Source of the DNA: a virus
Taxonomy: Duplodnaviria > Caudoviricetes
DNA length: 64,000 nt
Strand: one strand, 5' to 3'
Virus record (IMG/VR): IMGVR_UViG_3300006133_000325
The notes under the pieces were generated by a model, which saw only the letters and a list, made by a program, of their open reading frames with translations, had not been told where the DNA came from and did no database searches. The position numbers and the translations under genes were made by a program. Shown here piece after piece: positions 19,359-29,244 of the stretch. The first letter of the stretch is position 1. The number at the start of each line of letters is the position of its first letter.

Positions 19359-19574
19359 CTATCTATTTCCATCTATTAAATCTTCAATAAAGTATCTTAT
19401 ATCCTGATATGAGGCAGCCTGAAGCATACATTGTATATTTTTATTACTTCCTAACTCATGCTCTCCATTTTCAATAGGTTTATAAAAGTAATTCTCTTTC
19501 GCGGTTACATATTCTAAAACCTTATTCAGTTTTTCTTTATCCGACATATCTCCTCCTAATTTTTTACTATCCAA
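19359..19574 (-). CDS. Hypothetical protein (true start probably the internal ATG)
   Basis: AGGAGG RBS before MSDKEK. Confidence 0.55.
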   Translation of the reverse strand: MDSKKLGGDMSDKEKLNKVLEYVTAKENYFYKPIENGEHELGSNKNIQCMLQAASYQDIRYFIEDLIDGNR

Positions 19575-19642
19575 CTGTTGAATATTTTACATCATATAAC
19601 AAAACCTACATTGGAATATTTAACATAATTTCTGGTTTTAAC

Positions 19643-19867
19643 CTACACTGATAAATCATGATTTCCCTTAACTTTCTTTTTACCACACTTTTTCATATGT
19701 TTTCTATTTGGTTTACATTGATTACAGTTGTTCCTATTTTTACAAAACCAGCATCCGTCTTGTCCCCACCAATACCAATCTGGCATAGCAGGTCTTGGTT
19801 TTCTTTTTGCTTTTCCCATATAGTAGCCCCCTATTAAAAACTTTTCTTTCTTATAGCATTCTGGCAT
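19643..19867 (-). CDS. Small basic Cys-rich protein
   Basis: CWFC....CNQC; RBS before MGKAK. Confidence 0.55.
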   Translation of the reverse strand: MPECYKKEKFLIGGYYMGKAKRKPRPAMPDWYWWGQDGCWFCKNRNNCNQCKPNRKHMKKCGKKKVKGNHDLSV

Positions 19868-19869
19868 CC

Positions 19870-20283
19870 TTATGACAATTCATATATTATTCTTCTGCCA
19901 CTGTAACTCTCCTCATCCCATCCTTTCTTCCATTCCTCATACACTTCCTTATTCACTGGTACTCTAATTCCTATTCGTAGTTGTGCATAATAGGAATTGT
20001 CATCCAAAAAGCCATCTTTATTGCCTACATACCAACCATCCAATAGCAACTCTTGAAAATGAGGTACATAGCATTTGCAGCATAACTCTTTTTGATTTCT
20101 TACCTTACATCCTTTTGTAGTATCTCTATCAGAACATTCAAGTATAAAAATTTCAGATAAGTCATATGGAGTTATTCGAGCAATTTTCAAAATATCATAT
20201 GCGAAGAATGTTCTCTCATGATGGCTCTGCTTTAGATGAAATTCTTGGTGTATATTCAATTCTTTGTCATCTCCTAATAACAT
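19870..20283 (-). CDS. Hypothetical phage protein
   Basis: ORF in co-directional operon. Confidence 0.55.
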   Translation of the reverse strand: MLLGDDKELNIHQEFHLKQSHHERTFFAYDILKIARITPYDLSEIFILECSDRDTTKGCKVRNQKELCCKCYVPHFQELLLDGWYVGNKDGFLDDNSYYAQLRIGIRVPVNKEVYEEWKKGWDEESYSGRRIIYELS

Positions 20284-20309
20284 CCAAGAAAGTTTATTTT
20301 ACAATAAAT

Positions 20310-20600
20310 CTACAAATCAAAAAGTTGAATATTCGGTACTTCAATAGAATTATTTTCTTTTTCCTCCTCTACAATTTCTATCCCGTATTTTTCTACCACT
20401 CCCTCTGGATATTCTCTCATCCAAAGTTTAGCGCTTAATGTATTACCACAATTTTTACAAGCGCAACTTTCACAATCTTCCCATTTACTAAAAATTCCAT
20501 TTTGACTTCTATACTGTTCCACCAAATCTAAGTTCCATTCAATTTCTGACACGTTCCCACAATTTCCACATATCCATTTTGACTTGTCTGTTAAAATCAC
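20310..20600 (-). CDS. Zn-ribbon protein
   Basis: CGNCG...CKNCG; overlaps stop of radical SAM gene. Confidence 0.6.
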   Translation of the reverse strand: MILTDKSKWICGNCGNVSEIEWNLDLVEQYRSQNGIFSKWEDCESCACKNCGNTLSAKLWMREYPEGVVEKYGIEIVEEEKENNSIEVPNIQLFDL

Positions 20601-21733
20601 TTTTTATCACCATCCGATCTATTTATTTTACTATAGTTCATAAATTTCATATCAAAATATCTATATGCCAGTTCTGGGATCTCTTTTTCAATCTGTTTCA
20701 GGTATCTCATTTCCGAACACTCTTTTTGATGTCTTGATTGCTGATACTCCACAAATTCTCTATAAGATTTTTTCTTAAAAGCACTGGGCTGATTACACCA
20801 CGCAGCAAGATTTATATATGTACCCCTATAAGGAGATTCCTCATATCGGTTAAATCTCATAATATATGGTAAACACTGATATTTCATAAGCAGTTCGATT
20901 CGTTTCCATAAATCCCATATATCTTGCCTCCAAAATTTATCATCCCATTTATCTTCTCTATCAAAACCGCAAAAAGTATAAAATTTTAAGACTTTATCTG
21001 TATACCTTCTCAATAGCTGCAGCTTATTTTCGATCAGTTCGTAATCAGCTACATTGTCAAATGCAAATATATAATCACCATCATATTTACTGTTAAAAAT
21101 CACGTTACATTTTTCGTCTGTAAGAAGCCGTTCATCCATGCCTTGCTTATATTGAAATGGTTTTCTTGTATTTTGCAATTCTCTAAATATTTCTTTCCAA
21201 TAAGGACTTCCGAGAATATTATCATCCAATAAACATATCTTCTTTCTTGAAGGATCGAGAAACTTACTTAATGGACTATGATAATCAACTTTTTTATAAT
21301 TACGATTCACGCAAAATTCACATTGTCTAAAGCAACCTCTCGTCGTGTAGCCAATCGAATAATCAAGATAATACTTAAAATCATTTCTCTTTTTGCCACT
21401 CTCAATTTGTCGATTTACCCATGTATCATATAAATGGTAATCTGGCATATAGTGTTCTACTTCGTCAGGAAGCTTTGGAGCTTTGTCATAGAAGAATCCT
21501 GTTCCGCCATATTTTACATTAGGAAGTTTCAAAACTTCTTCATCTATTGGTGTATCAGTAAATACTTTAGAAATGAATACTTTGTCATATGTTTCCAAAT
21601 CTTCATAATCCATTTTTAATTCAACATCAGTACCAAGTCCTTTGTAGTAACCGGATAGTTTCATACAAACCAGATTGGGGAACCTGTGCTTGTCTCTGCC
21701 TATTAGATCTGCATCTATAATTGCTATTCTCAA
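20597..21733 (-). CDS. Radical SAM protein
   Basis: TTRGCFRQCEFC; FPNL..MKLS, GGTG, LDDNIL. Confidence 0.85.
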   Translation of the reverse strand: MRIAIIDADLIGRDKHRFPNLVCMKLSGYYKGLGTDVELKMDYEDLETYDKVFISKVFTDTPIDEEVLKLPNVKYGGTGFFYDKAPKLPDEVEHYMPDYHLYDTWVNRQIESGKKRNDFKYYLDYSIGYTTRGCFRQCEFCVNRNYKKVDYHSPLSKFLDPSRKKICLLDDNILGSPYWKEIFRELQNTRKPFQYKQGMDERLLTDEKCNVIFNSKYDGDYIFAFDNVADYELIENKLQLLRRYTDKVLKFYTFCGFDREDKWDDKFWRQDIWDLWKRIELLMKYQCLPYIMRFNRYEESPYRGTYINLAAWCNQPSAFKKKSYREFVEYQQSRHQKECSEMRYLKQIEKEIPELAYRYFDMKFMNYSKINRSDGDKK

Positions 21734-21844
21734 TAATCAGCACCAAAGTGGTTGCAACCTTTAAAGCTAGCTACTAATTATCCTTTCTTAATCATCTTAT
21801 TGTTTTAAAAGTTCTTGACATATCATCGGAATGCTATGATATTA

Positions 21845-22396
21845 TTAAATAACTGTATACCAATAATCAAATATTTTTCTATAGCTATTTCCGCTCTTAA
21901 TATCCCCCTTATATTGCCTTACTCGACCATTAGCATACTTTTTATAATACTTATATCTATTTGGTTTACGCCTTCCTCTATGTATTCTTTTATAATAAAC
22001 AGTTCCTACAGGATCATCGAAATTATACTTACCATTTTCACCAACAGGTATAGCAAGTGGTGGATAACCACTATATGTTTGCGCCAAAAATTTAACATGT
22101 GCTTTATATTTGAAATCTCTTTCTCTTTTACTTCTTCTCTTTTGTTTAGAATAATTTTGTGAAATTTCAGATTGTATATATGCATCTTCACATCTGCCAA
22201 CTCTGAAGGTCTTACCGCCTACTTTATCACACCATAAGAATTTTTCAAATTCATCTGCAGCATCTTCTGGCTTTAAATCATGATATATGTCATTTGGCAT
22301 TCCCTTTTCTGTAGCAGTTATTTCATACCAGCTCATCATCTTCTCAAAATCTTCTTTTCCGTAAGGACATTCCCTACAATACATGATATCCACCAC
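21845..22396 (-). CDS. Hypothetical phage protein
   Basis: Long ORF, basic C-terminus. Confidence 0.65.
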   Translation of the reverse strand: MVDIMYCRECPYGKEDFEKMMSWYEITATEKGMPNDIYHDLKPEDAADEFEKFLWCDKVGGKTFRVGRCEDAYIQSEISQNYSKQKRRSKRERDFKYKAHVKFLAQTYSGYPPLAIPVGENGKYNFDDPVGTVYYKRIHRGRRKPNRYKYYKKYANGRVRQYKGDIKSGNSYRKIFDYWYTVI

Positions 22397-22406
22397 CTAT
22401 CCATTT

Positions 22407-23165
22407 TTATAAAATAATACTATTCCATTTCTTATTCTTCTCGTATTTCCATTGAATGCTTCCATAATAAAATCTTGTTTCTATATCTTCTACACGTTCC
22501 ATAGACAATATCCATTCACGATATTTTACCGCCTCTTCTTTTGTGGCATCATAGTATGCCTTCCACATACTGATCGTTTTCTCTATTTGCTCTACAGACC
22601 ACTCATAATCAGATAAGGAAGCTTGTCTCTTAAATTCTGCTATATACTTATCCCTCTCCTCTTTCGCCTCTTTATATGTAAAATAGACTTTATCTGGTCT
22701 AATGCTTACCCTATCTACATGATGCTGCCATATCGGATATTTTTTTACGATACAAAATCCATCTTTTGTAATATCTTCTTCTATATTCCCATGAAAAATT
22801 TGATTCGATTTTACTAATAATCCTGACTCATATGCCTTTTTAATAGAATCTGGATTATCTATGGAAACATGTAAACTATCGAACAACTTTACATCTTCAG
22901 AATTTGGCTTCTGTTCTAAATGGAATAATTTAGTGTTATATGTCCATCCTTTTGGAAGTTTTCTTCGCTTTTCTTCGTTTTTGAATACATCTATTGGTAT
23001 TCCATCAACATATCTTGTTTCTTTTGGTTCCAATAGATCAATACAAACCGCATCGGAAAATTGCTCGTCTACTCGTCCGTATTTTACAAAATATTCACAA
23101 CCGATTTTCTGACACCAGTAAACGATATCACCATGATTAAATCGCTTTTCAAAACCTTTTTGAAT
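22407..23165 (-). CDS. Hypothetical phage protein (probable ATT start at 23165)
   Basis: Frame open upstream of track start; GGAGGTG RBS precedes ATT ATT CAA. Confidence 0.65.
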   Translation of the reverse strand: MQKGFEKRFNHGDIVYWCQKIGCEYFVKYGRVDEQFSDAVCIDLLEPKETRYVDGIPIDVFKNEEKRRKLPKGWTYNTKLFHLEQKPNSEDVKLFDSLHVSIDNPDSIKKAYESGLLVKSNQIFHGNIEEDITKDGFCIVKKYPIWQHHVDRVSIRPDKVYFTYKEAKEERDKYIAEFKRQASLSDYEWSVEQIEKTISMWKAYYDATKEEAVKYREWILSMERVEDIETRFYYGSIQWKYEKNKKWNSIIL

Positions 23166-23201
23166 AATTTCACCTCCTCTAATGAAAACGATATTTCATA
23201 A

Positions 23202-24083
23202 CTAATAGTTTGTAATCAATACTTCTATATCCTGGCTCTTATCCTTCTTTTGGTAATTGCAATTGTTATAATTACCATTTAAATAATGTACGTGATATCT
23301 ATCCTTCCATTCTTTCAGCATTGGATTGTCATATTTTAAATTGTTACTTAGTGCAAACCTCCCGCCCCTAAGATTGATGCCATCCAGTAAATTTAATAAA
23401 TCTCTCTCATCATTCTTCGTCCAGCCACCGTTTTCATTATAAGAAGCAACAGAATTATAATACGGCGGATCACAATACACAAAGTCCCTGTTTTGAAAGA
23501 CGCAATCTCTAAAATCTTTATTATGAAACTCAATATCCTTCTTATGTAATTCTTCTACAAACTCTTTCAGTTTCTTCTGTAATGCTATATTGTAATCTCG
23601 TTTTCCGTATGGTATATTGAATTCTCCTTTTGAATTAAAGCGTATCTGATTATTAAAAGCACATGCAATCAACGTATAAAACTTTATCCAATTTGGATAC
23701 TTATTATAGTCTTCCCGTAATTTTAAGTATTTAGTTTTATTATAATTCCCTAGACCATTACTTGAATTACAACCATAACTTTTATATCCATTTATATCAG
23801 ATCTGCTTAGCCCATAGCTCGTAATTGTTTCAAGGATTTTCTCATGAATATCTTTGTAATCAATTTCATAAAAATGTTTTAATAAATCTACTACTTGGGT
23901 ACATATATCATTATATATAATATGTTCTGCTTTTACATTTACGCCTACATTAAATCCACCGCCAAACAAATCAATAAATGTATTCATATCATCTGGGAAG
24001 AGATGTAAAATCTCCCCCAGCAATTTATATTTCCCACCGACATAATTCAAGCAAGATTTTATGTATTTTTCACTCATTATCAA
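23202..24083 (-). CDS. dam: Dam-like N6-adenine DNA methyltransferase
   Basis: NYVGGK, DLFGGG, R.N.KGEFN.PYG, DPPY, EVLITNY. Confidence 0.88.
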   Translation of the reverse strand: MIMSEKYIKSCLNYVGGKYKLLGEILHLFPDDMNTFIDLFGGGFNVGVNVKAEHIIYNDICTQVVDLLKHFYEIDYKDIHEKILETITSYGLSRSDINGYKSYGCNSSNGLGNYNKTKYLKLREDYNKYPNWIKFYTLIACAFNNQIRFNSKGEFNIPYGKRDYNIALQKKLKEFVEELHKKDIEFHNKDFRDCVFQNRDFVYCDPPYYNSVASYNENGGWTKNDERDLLNLLDGINLRGGRFALSNNLKYDNPMLKEWKDRYHVHYLNGNYNNCNYQKKDKSQDIEVLITNY

Positions 24084-24084
24084 C

Positions 24085-24124
24085 TAGGAGTAAACGCGCA
24101 TTTAAATGGTATACCAAACCTCAT
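24085..24124 (-). promoter_or_regulatory. Two-palindrome leader element, copy 1
   Basis: ATGAGGTTT-GGTATACC-ATT-TAAATGCGCGTTTA-CTCCTA. Confidence 0.6.
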
Positions 24125-24164
24125 TTTCCTCCTTGTTTATTTTATAAATCGTTTTATTATTCCA

Positions 24165-25034
24165 TCAATAATTAGTTAGGCAATCTCTCAACATTTCATC
24201 TTTTGCTCTTTGATAAAACGTGAGGTCAATCTCAAATCCGTATGCACTTCTTCCCAATTCAACCGCTGCCCTCAAAGTCGTTCCAGACCCACAGCAGGGA
24301 TCTATGACAACATCTCCCTCATCTGTAAATATCTCAATCAACTTTTTAAGGACTGATACGGGTTTTTGTGCAGGATGAATTTTAGGTATTTCTTTTCCAT
24401 CTCGCTCCCAATTAAACCAATTAAAAACCATATGACCTGTACCTGGAATATTTTTACCATTTTCATCAATTTGCAATCCATTTCTAAACTTAGGCAATCT
24501 GTCTCGATATAAAAGCAGTGCATATTCCGTTGCTCCTACAACACGCATATTTGCCTTTAGGACTTGAGGGCTGTAATTTTTGATGAATACTAAAGGTATG
24601 TAGTGGATAAAGCCATGTTTTGTCGCCGCGCTAATGAGCGTCTGTATCTGCTCAAAGCTGCAAAACACAATCATACAGGGAGAATTGCTACTCCTGCCTC
24701 GTGGAACTGGTTTTGTATCGTCTTTCTTTAACATTTTGTGACAGAAATTAAACATTTCATAAAGATTAAAATTGAAATCCGAATTAAAAGCCGCTTTTTT
24801 TGCATATTTACTTTCACCATTTTTGTTATTTCCCTTTTCGTACCACATAGGATTACTACCATAAAAATTTGTTCCAATGTTATAAGGACAATCGCAAATT
24901 ACCAACTGCGCTCTCGGTATGTTATAGCCTTTAAAATTCTGAAAACTATCTCTGTAAATCTCGAATTTAATTTTCTTTTTATATTCCATTTTTATTAGGA
25001 GTAAATCATGATTTATCCCGCGCGGAAACCTCAT
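24165..25034 (-). CDS. N4/N6 DNA methyltransferase (beta class); alternative start at 24989
   Basis: DCPY (DPPY-like), HPAQKP, DPCCGSGTT, GFEID. Confidence 0.88.
   Translation of the reverse strand: MRFPRGINHDLLLIKMEYKKKIKFEIYRDSFQNFKGYNIPRAQLVICDCPYNIGTNFYGSNPMWYEKGNNKNGESKYAKKAAFNSDFNFNLYEMFNFCHKMLKKDDTKPVPRGRSSNSPCMIVFCSFEQIQTLISAATKHGFIHYIPLVFIKNYSPQVLKANMRVVGATEYALLLYRDRLPKFRNGLQIDENGKNIPGTGHMVFNWFNWERDGKEIPKIHPAQKPVSVLKKLIEIFTDEGDVVIDPCCGSGTTLRAAVELGRSAYGFEIDLTFYQRAKDEMLRDCLTNY
24996..25034 (-). promoter_or_regulatory. Two-palindrome leader element, copy 2
   Basis: ATGAGGTTT-CCGCGCGG-GA-TAAATCATGATTTA-CTCCTA. Confidence 0.6.
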
Positions 25035-25081
25035 TTCCTCCTTGATTTTCTATTATTTCTATCTCATTTATTCCCTTGTAA

Positions 25082-25409
25082 TTACTCAATTTTTACATTG
25101 ATAAACCCAAGAACTTCCTTCATTCCAAGACCACCATCTTCCCATGGTTTCATACAATATTCCCATAATTTCGGATGTGTTTGCTTTAGCCGTTGAAATC
25201 TGTTTGGTTCTTTCTCTAAATGACACCCATATCCGCAAAAGGAGTATCCTGTCCTACTACAAGCAGTTGTATAATACTTTCCAGACTTCAAGCCTGCATT
25301 GTTTTTAGATCTTCATTTGTATATGCTCTTTGCTCTGAATTATAATCAGAAGGAGATAAAATGTCAGAATCATTATACCCCCTCTGGTTATTTTGCGTTT
25401 ATTATCCAT
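25082..25409 (-). pseudogene. PAPS-reductase-family gene remnant (N-terminus joined to C-terminus)
   Basis: YTNEDLKTMQA*SLE abuts RTG..FCGYGCHLEKEPNRFQRLK.THPK. Confidence 0.65.
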
Positions 25410-25535
25410 TACCTTATTGACATACGGCGTGTAAACACTTAATAACCGATTACTTTATGTACTTCTCCTTTTTCTTTTTTTGTATTTTCAGATTGTACTT
25501 TTCTGATTTATGGTACGTCTGCCGTCTTGCTCAAA

Positions 25536-26334
25536 CTACTTCTTTATTTCTTTTTCTTTACTACAATACTCATCACTTTTTAAGTGCTGTATAACTCGAT
25601 TTTTACCAGCTTCAAAATATTTTTCATCTTTTTCAATACAAATCACCTTTCTGTTTAAGTTACTTCCTGCAATTGCACATGTCATACTTCCTGCAACAGA
25701 ATCTAATACAACATCTCCTTCATCTGTATATGTTTTTATAAAATACTCATAAATTTCTACTGGCTTTTGAGTTGGATGAATCTTTTTTGATTGATCTGCA
25801 TTACTAAAAATCTGCACATCCAATGGGTATCTATCTGTACTGTCATATAAGGTATTTCGTATTTCTCTGCCATAACAGCTATTCCCATCTGCCTCTTTGA
25901 CATATTTTGTTTTTGCAAATTTTCTTTTATGTCCATGTGTCATCTGTGGATGATAAATTGGTGGTCTTTTATAAAACACTTCTATATTTTCATGCGCCCG
26001 CATTGGCATTTTTTTAGCGTTTAGATGTCCTTTGGGGTGTGTTTTCTGCCATATCCATTCATACTTAAACATCTTAGGATTACTCATTACCAAAGCAGAC
26101 GTAAATGGTTGACTACTAAATAGTAAAATCGCCCCATTGTCCTTAATAATTCTATTGTATTGTTTCCACAAAGGTTCAAACGGAATAATAATATCCCATC
26201 TACATTGAGTGGTACTAACCATACGGAAGATCGGAAATAATGCAATCTATGGATTTATCTGGAATATAACTCATAACATTCAGACAATCTCCGCGAATCA
26301 GCATATTATCACGAAAATCCGTATTGCTCGGCAC
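25536..26334 (-). pseudogene. N4/N6 DNA methyltransferase frameshifted by a 4-nt insertion
   Basis: GDCL..M...SID.I.SDLPYG* then TTQCRWD...HPTQKP...GS in another frame. Confidence 0.8.
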
Positions 26335-26399
26335 CTCCTCTTCATTAAATATTTTATATATATCTGTCAAAGCAAAATCCTTTCTTTATTTACAGGTTA

Positions 26400-26543
26400 A
26401 GTTTTTCTTATGTTGTAATATTCTATCATATCCCTTTTTAAATATTTTTTCTCTTTCTTAATACAAATACCTTTTTTCCTGATTTCTTAATGGCTATTGA
26501 TGAGATCTAAACAATCACCACAAAATAATTCAATACCTTTCAT
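26400..26543 (-). pseudogene. DNA methyltransferase remnant (internal deletion)
   Basis: MKGIELFCGDCLDL joined to a degenerate C-terminal segment. Confidence 0.5.
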
Positions 26544-26556
26544 TTAATATCTTCTC

Positions 26557-27285
26557 CTATACAAGCCCTAATCTTCTTTCTGCTACATCAAAATATTTTT
26601 TATCAATTTCATATCCTAAGAAGTTTCTTCCTAGCTCTGAAGCTGCTACCAATGCAGAACCCGTACCGCAGAATGGATCGAAAACTACTTCTCCTTCTTT
26701 GCTGGAATTTAATATATAGAATTTTAATAGATCTACTGGTTTTTCACATGGATGTGTCTTGTTTCCTATAATATTAGAAAATTGATGAACAGTTTTACTT
26801 TTTCCTATGTTATTGATATATTTTGCTTTTCCTTTTCTTAAAAACAAAATATATTCACAATTCTTCATATAATATTGGGAACAGACACAATTATTCTTCT
26901 CCCATACCAATAGATTATGTAGTTTAAAACCTACTTTTTGCGATTCGTTTAACATATCTGTCAAATTCAAGACATTCGTAAAAATATAGGCATGGCTCCC
27001 ATTCTTTAGAACTCTATATACATCCGACATCCAATCTGATATTTTTACATTTTGGTAGGAAAATAACCTTCTGTTGCCACTCAACATCCCCTTCGGACGT
27101 TCCGAATTCCTACCATTATGATTTCCTCCTGTAATAATTCTATATGGAGGATCTGTAATCAGTAGGTCTACACTTTCTGATTCCATGTTTCTCATTGCTA
27201 CAATAGAATCATCATTTATGATTTTATTACATTCCATTCTTTCTTTAGGGGTAAAATATACTTTATTGGAATTCCAAATCCCCAC
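26557..27285 (-). CDS. N4/N6 DNA methyltransferase (beta class); alternative start at 27237
   Basis: TDPPY, HPCEKP, DPFCGTGS, GYEID. Confidence 0.9.
   Translation of the reverse strand: MGIWNSNKVYFTPKERMECNKIINDDSIVAMRNMESESVDLLITDPPYRIITGGNHNGRNSERPKGMLSGNRRLFSYQNVKISDWMSDVYRVLKNGSHAYIFTNVLNLTDMLNESQKVGFKLHNLLVWEKNNCVCSQYYMKNCEYILFLRKGKAKYINNIGKSKTVHQFSNIIGNKTHPCEKPVDLLKFYILNSSKEGEVVFDPFCGTGSALVAASELGRNFLGYEIDKKYFDVAERRLGLV
27246..27285 (-). promoter_or_regulatory. Two-palindrome leader element, copy 3
   Basis: GTGGGGATTT-GGAATTCC-AA-TAAAGTATATTTTA-CCCCTA. Confidence 0.6.
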
Positions 27286-27294
27286 TCCCTCTAT

Positions 27295-27720
27295 TTATTT
27301 ATCGCTACTACTAAACTCATCTAAATCGGTATTGATTTTTGTTTGATCAATATCCCTTAAAAGTATTTCATAATCAGTATCACATAATCCCAAATAATCT
27401 TGTAAACACCAAGGAGTATTTTTTGGAGTTAGCTCTATCCATTTGTTAATCTTTTCAATCCATTCTTCCTCTTTGTAATCTTCTAATACATGCGTCTCAT
27501 ATTTCGCTTGTAGCCAAGCCAATTCTGCAGCAATCGCCTTCTCATATGTTATATAGTGTCTTGGTAAGTCAGGAGAGGTATAATAATACCCTAATCCAGA
27601 AGAGCGATATACCCGTTCTTTTGCAATCCTACTAATATTTCTTTGATTTAACTTTTCTATATTTGTAATAATATCCCAGCTTTCTATATTTGGAATCACC
27701 TTGCATAGTAGGAAAACCAT
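27295..27720 (-). CDS. Hypothetical phage protein
   Basis: ORF in operon; start uncertain. Confidence 0.5.
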   Translation of the reverse strand: MVFLLCKVIPNIESWDIITNIEKLNQRNISRIAKERVYRSSGLGYYYTSPDLPRHYITYEKAIAAELAWLQAKYETHVLEDYKEEEWIEKINKWIELTPKNTPWCLQDYLGLCDTDYEILLRDIDQTKINTDLDEFSSSDK

Positions 27721-27839
27721 GCAAGGCTATGTTTATTATTCCTTGTTTTTACGATGCCTCCCAGCTATATAACCTCCAATAAAGGATGCAATCAAACAAA
27801 CACTAAGATACAATAAAAAACTCCCAATTTGTAACATAA

Positions 27840-28586
27840 TCATATCTTTCCACTCTTTCTCTTTGCCTTCATCTTTGATAGTTTCCGCTCAATCTCTTCT
27901 TCCTTCATACGTTTGTCTAATCTTTGTTGCTGAACATCCGAAGAATTCTCATAAGCCACTTTATGACCATCTGCCTCCTCTTTTGTCTTGCGAACACCAT
28001 CACGAACTTTTTCTAGCATTTTATCTTCTTCCTTGTTAGAAATCCCAGGTGTGGCTTGTAATGATTTCGTAACCTGTGCTGTTTCTAATGTAAGTACCGC
28101 ACTTTCTTTCTCAGATTTTAAATCAGCCAATTCATTAAAAAGCTGATCTACTGTTTCTTTTTGTAAAGAGGAATTTTCTCTTAATTCTTTTAATGCACTT
28201 TTGATAATATCGATTTTTTCCTCTATTTCCTGTTGGCGTTTTAAATATACCTTGGCTCCCTCATCATCTTCTTTTTCCATACAAGAATCAAGATTGATGC
28301 CTAATTGCATATTGCCTTTCTGTAAACTTCTTAACTGTTCTTCGTAGTTTTGAATCTTGCCAAGCATTTGTGTATAAACCGAATATGCCTGCCTATAATC
28401 TTCTTCCTTTTTAGTAATTGCAGTATTGTAATAAGCCTTTGCCCCTTCTGGAGTAGATGCATCTTTTGTTATTATCTCATCAGCAGTTCCAACCATCCTA
28501 AGGCGTAATCTTTTCCCGATTCTTGTGACGAATAAAAAGACAATTACCATAATCAATAATAGTATCATTGCTACAATTTTAGCCAT
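27840..28586 (-). CDS. Membrane-anchored PspA/IM30-like coiled-coil protein
   Basis: N-terminal TM helix, long coiled coil, L..MK tail. Confidence 0.6.
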   Translation of the reverse strand: MAKIVAMILLLIMVIVFLFVTRIGKRLRLRMVGTADEIITKDASTPEGAKAYYNTAITKKEEDYRQAYSVYTQMLGKIQNYEEQLRSLQKGNMQLGINLDSCMEKEDDEGAKVYLKRQQEIEEKIDIIKSALKELRENSSLQKETVDQLFNELADLKSEKESAVLTLETAQVTKSLQATPGISNKEEDKMLEKVRDGVRKTKEEADGHKVAYENSSDVQQQRLDKRMKEEEIERKLSKMKAKRKSGKI

Positions 28587-28588
28587 AC

Positions 28589-29227
28589 TTAATCTCTCCC
28601 CTCATCAATCGACAAACCAAAATTCTGAAATAATTCTGTCATTCCATTTCTGTACCCAGAGCCAAGTGCCTGGAATTTAAACCCATTGTTATAGCGATAT
28701 AATCTACCCATTTCTACAGCATTTAGATTTTCAAAATTTTCATTTTCTGATAAATCATATTTATAACACTCTCCGGATGGATTATCATAATCACAGATTG
28801 TCATAGTTGCATTGCTTACCATGCCAAAATTTTGCAAACGCTGTACTGCCCTAAAAATAGTTAAACATACTGTAAAATCAGTTCTGTTTGTCGGAAACTT
28901 ATCGGCATGAATGATAAAATACTCATCAAAGTGTTCCCTGTTAAAAGTAATCCCTTGTGAATCATCTCCTGTTCGATTATCTCCCGAATACTCGATCCAC
29001 GGATATGAGCTGCCATCACCATATGTATTGTAATTTACAATATCATTTGGATATGCTACTTTTCTATCAGAGTTTGTCAAGAAGCCATGAATATCAAAAT
29101 CTATATCTGCTTCTCCTGCATATCTGTTGGCATCCCAATTCACCCCAATAAATACATTTGCAATAGCGCTTCCATCTTCTTTTGTCATATTGATTTTTTG
29201 GTTCTTACTCATGTTAATTACTTCCAT
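28589..29227 (-). CDS. terD: TerD-family stress protein
   Basis: GVNWD, D.D, GDNRTG, QNFGMVSNA, YDLSE, FQALGSG. Confidence 0.9.
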   Translation of the reverse strand: MEVINMSKNQKINMTKEDGSAIANVFIGVNWDANRYAGEADIDFDIHGFLTNSDRKVAYPNDIVNYNTYGDGSSYPWIEYSGDNRTGDDSQGITFNREHFDEYFIIHADKFPTNRTDFTVCLTIFRAVQRLQNFGMVSNATMTICDYDNPSGECYKYDLSENENFENLNAVEMGRLYRYNNGFKFQALGSGYRNGMTELFQNFGLSIDEGRD

Positions 29228-29244
29228 AATTCCATTCCTCCATT

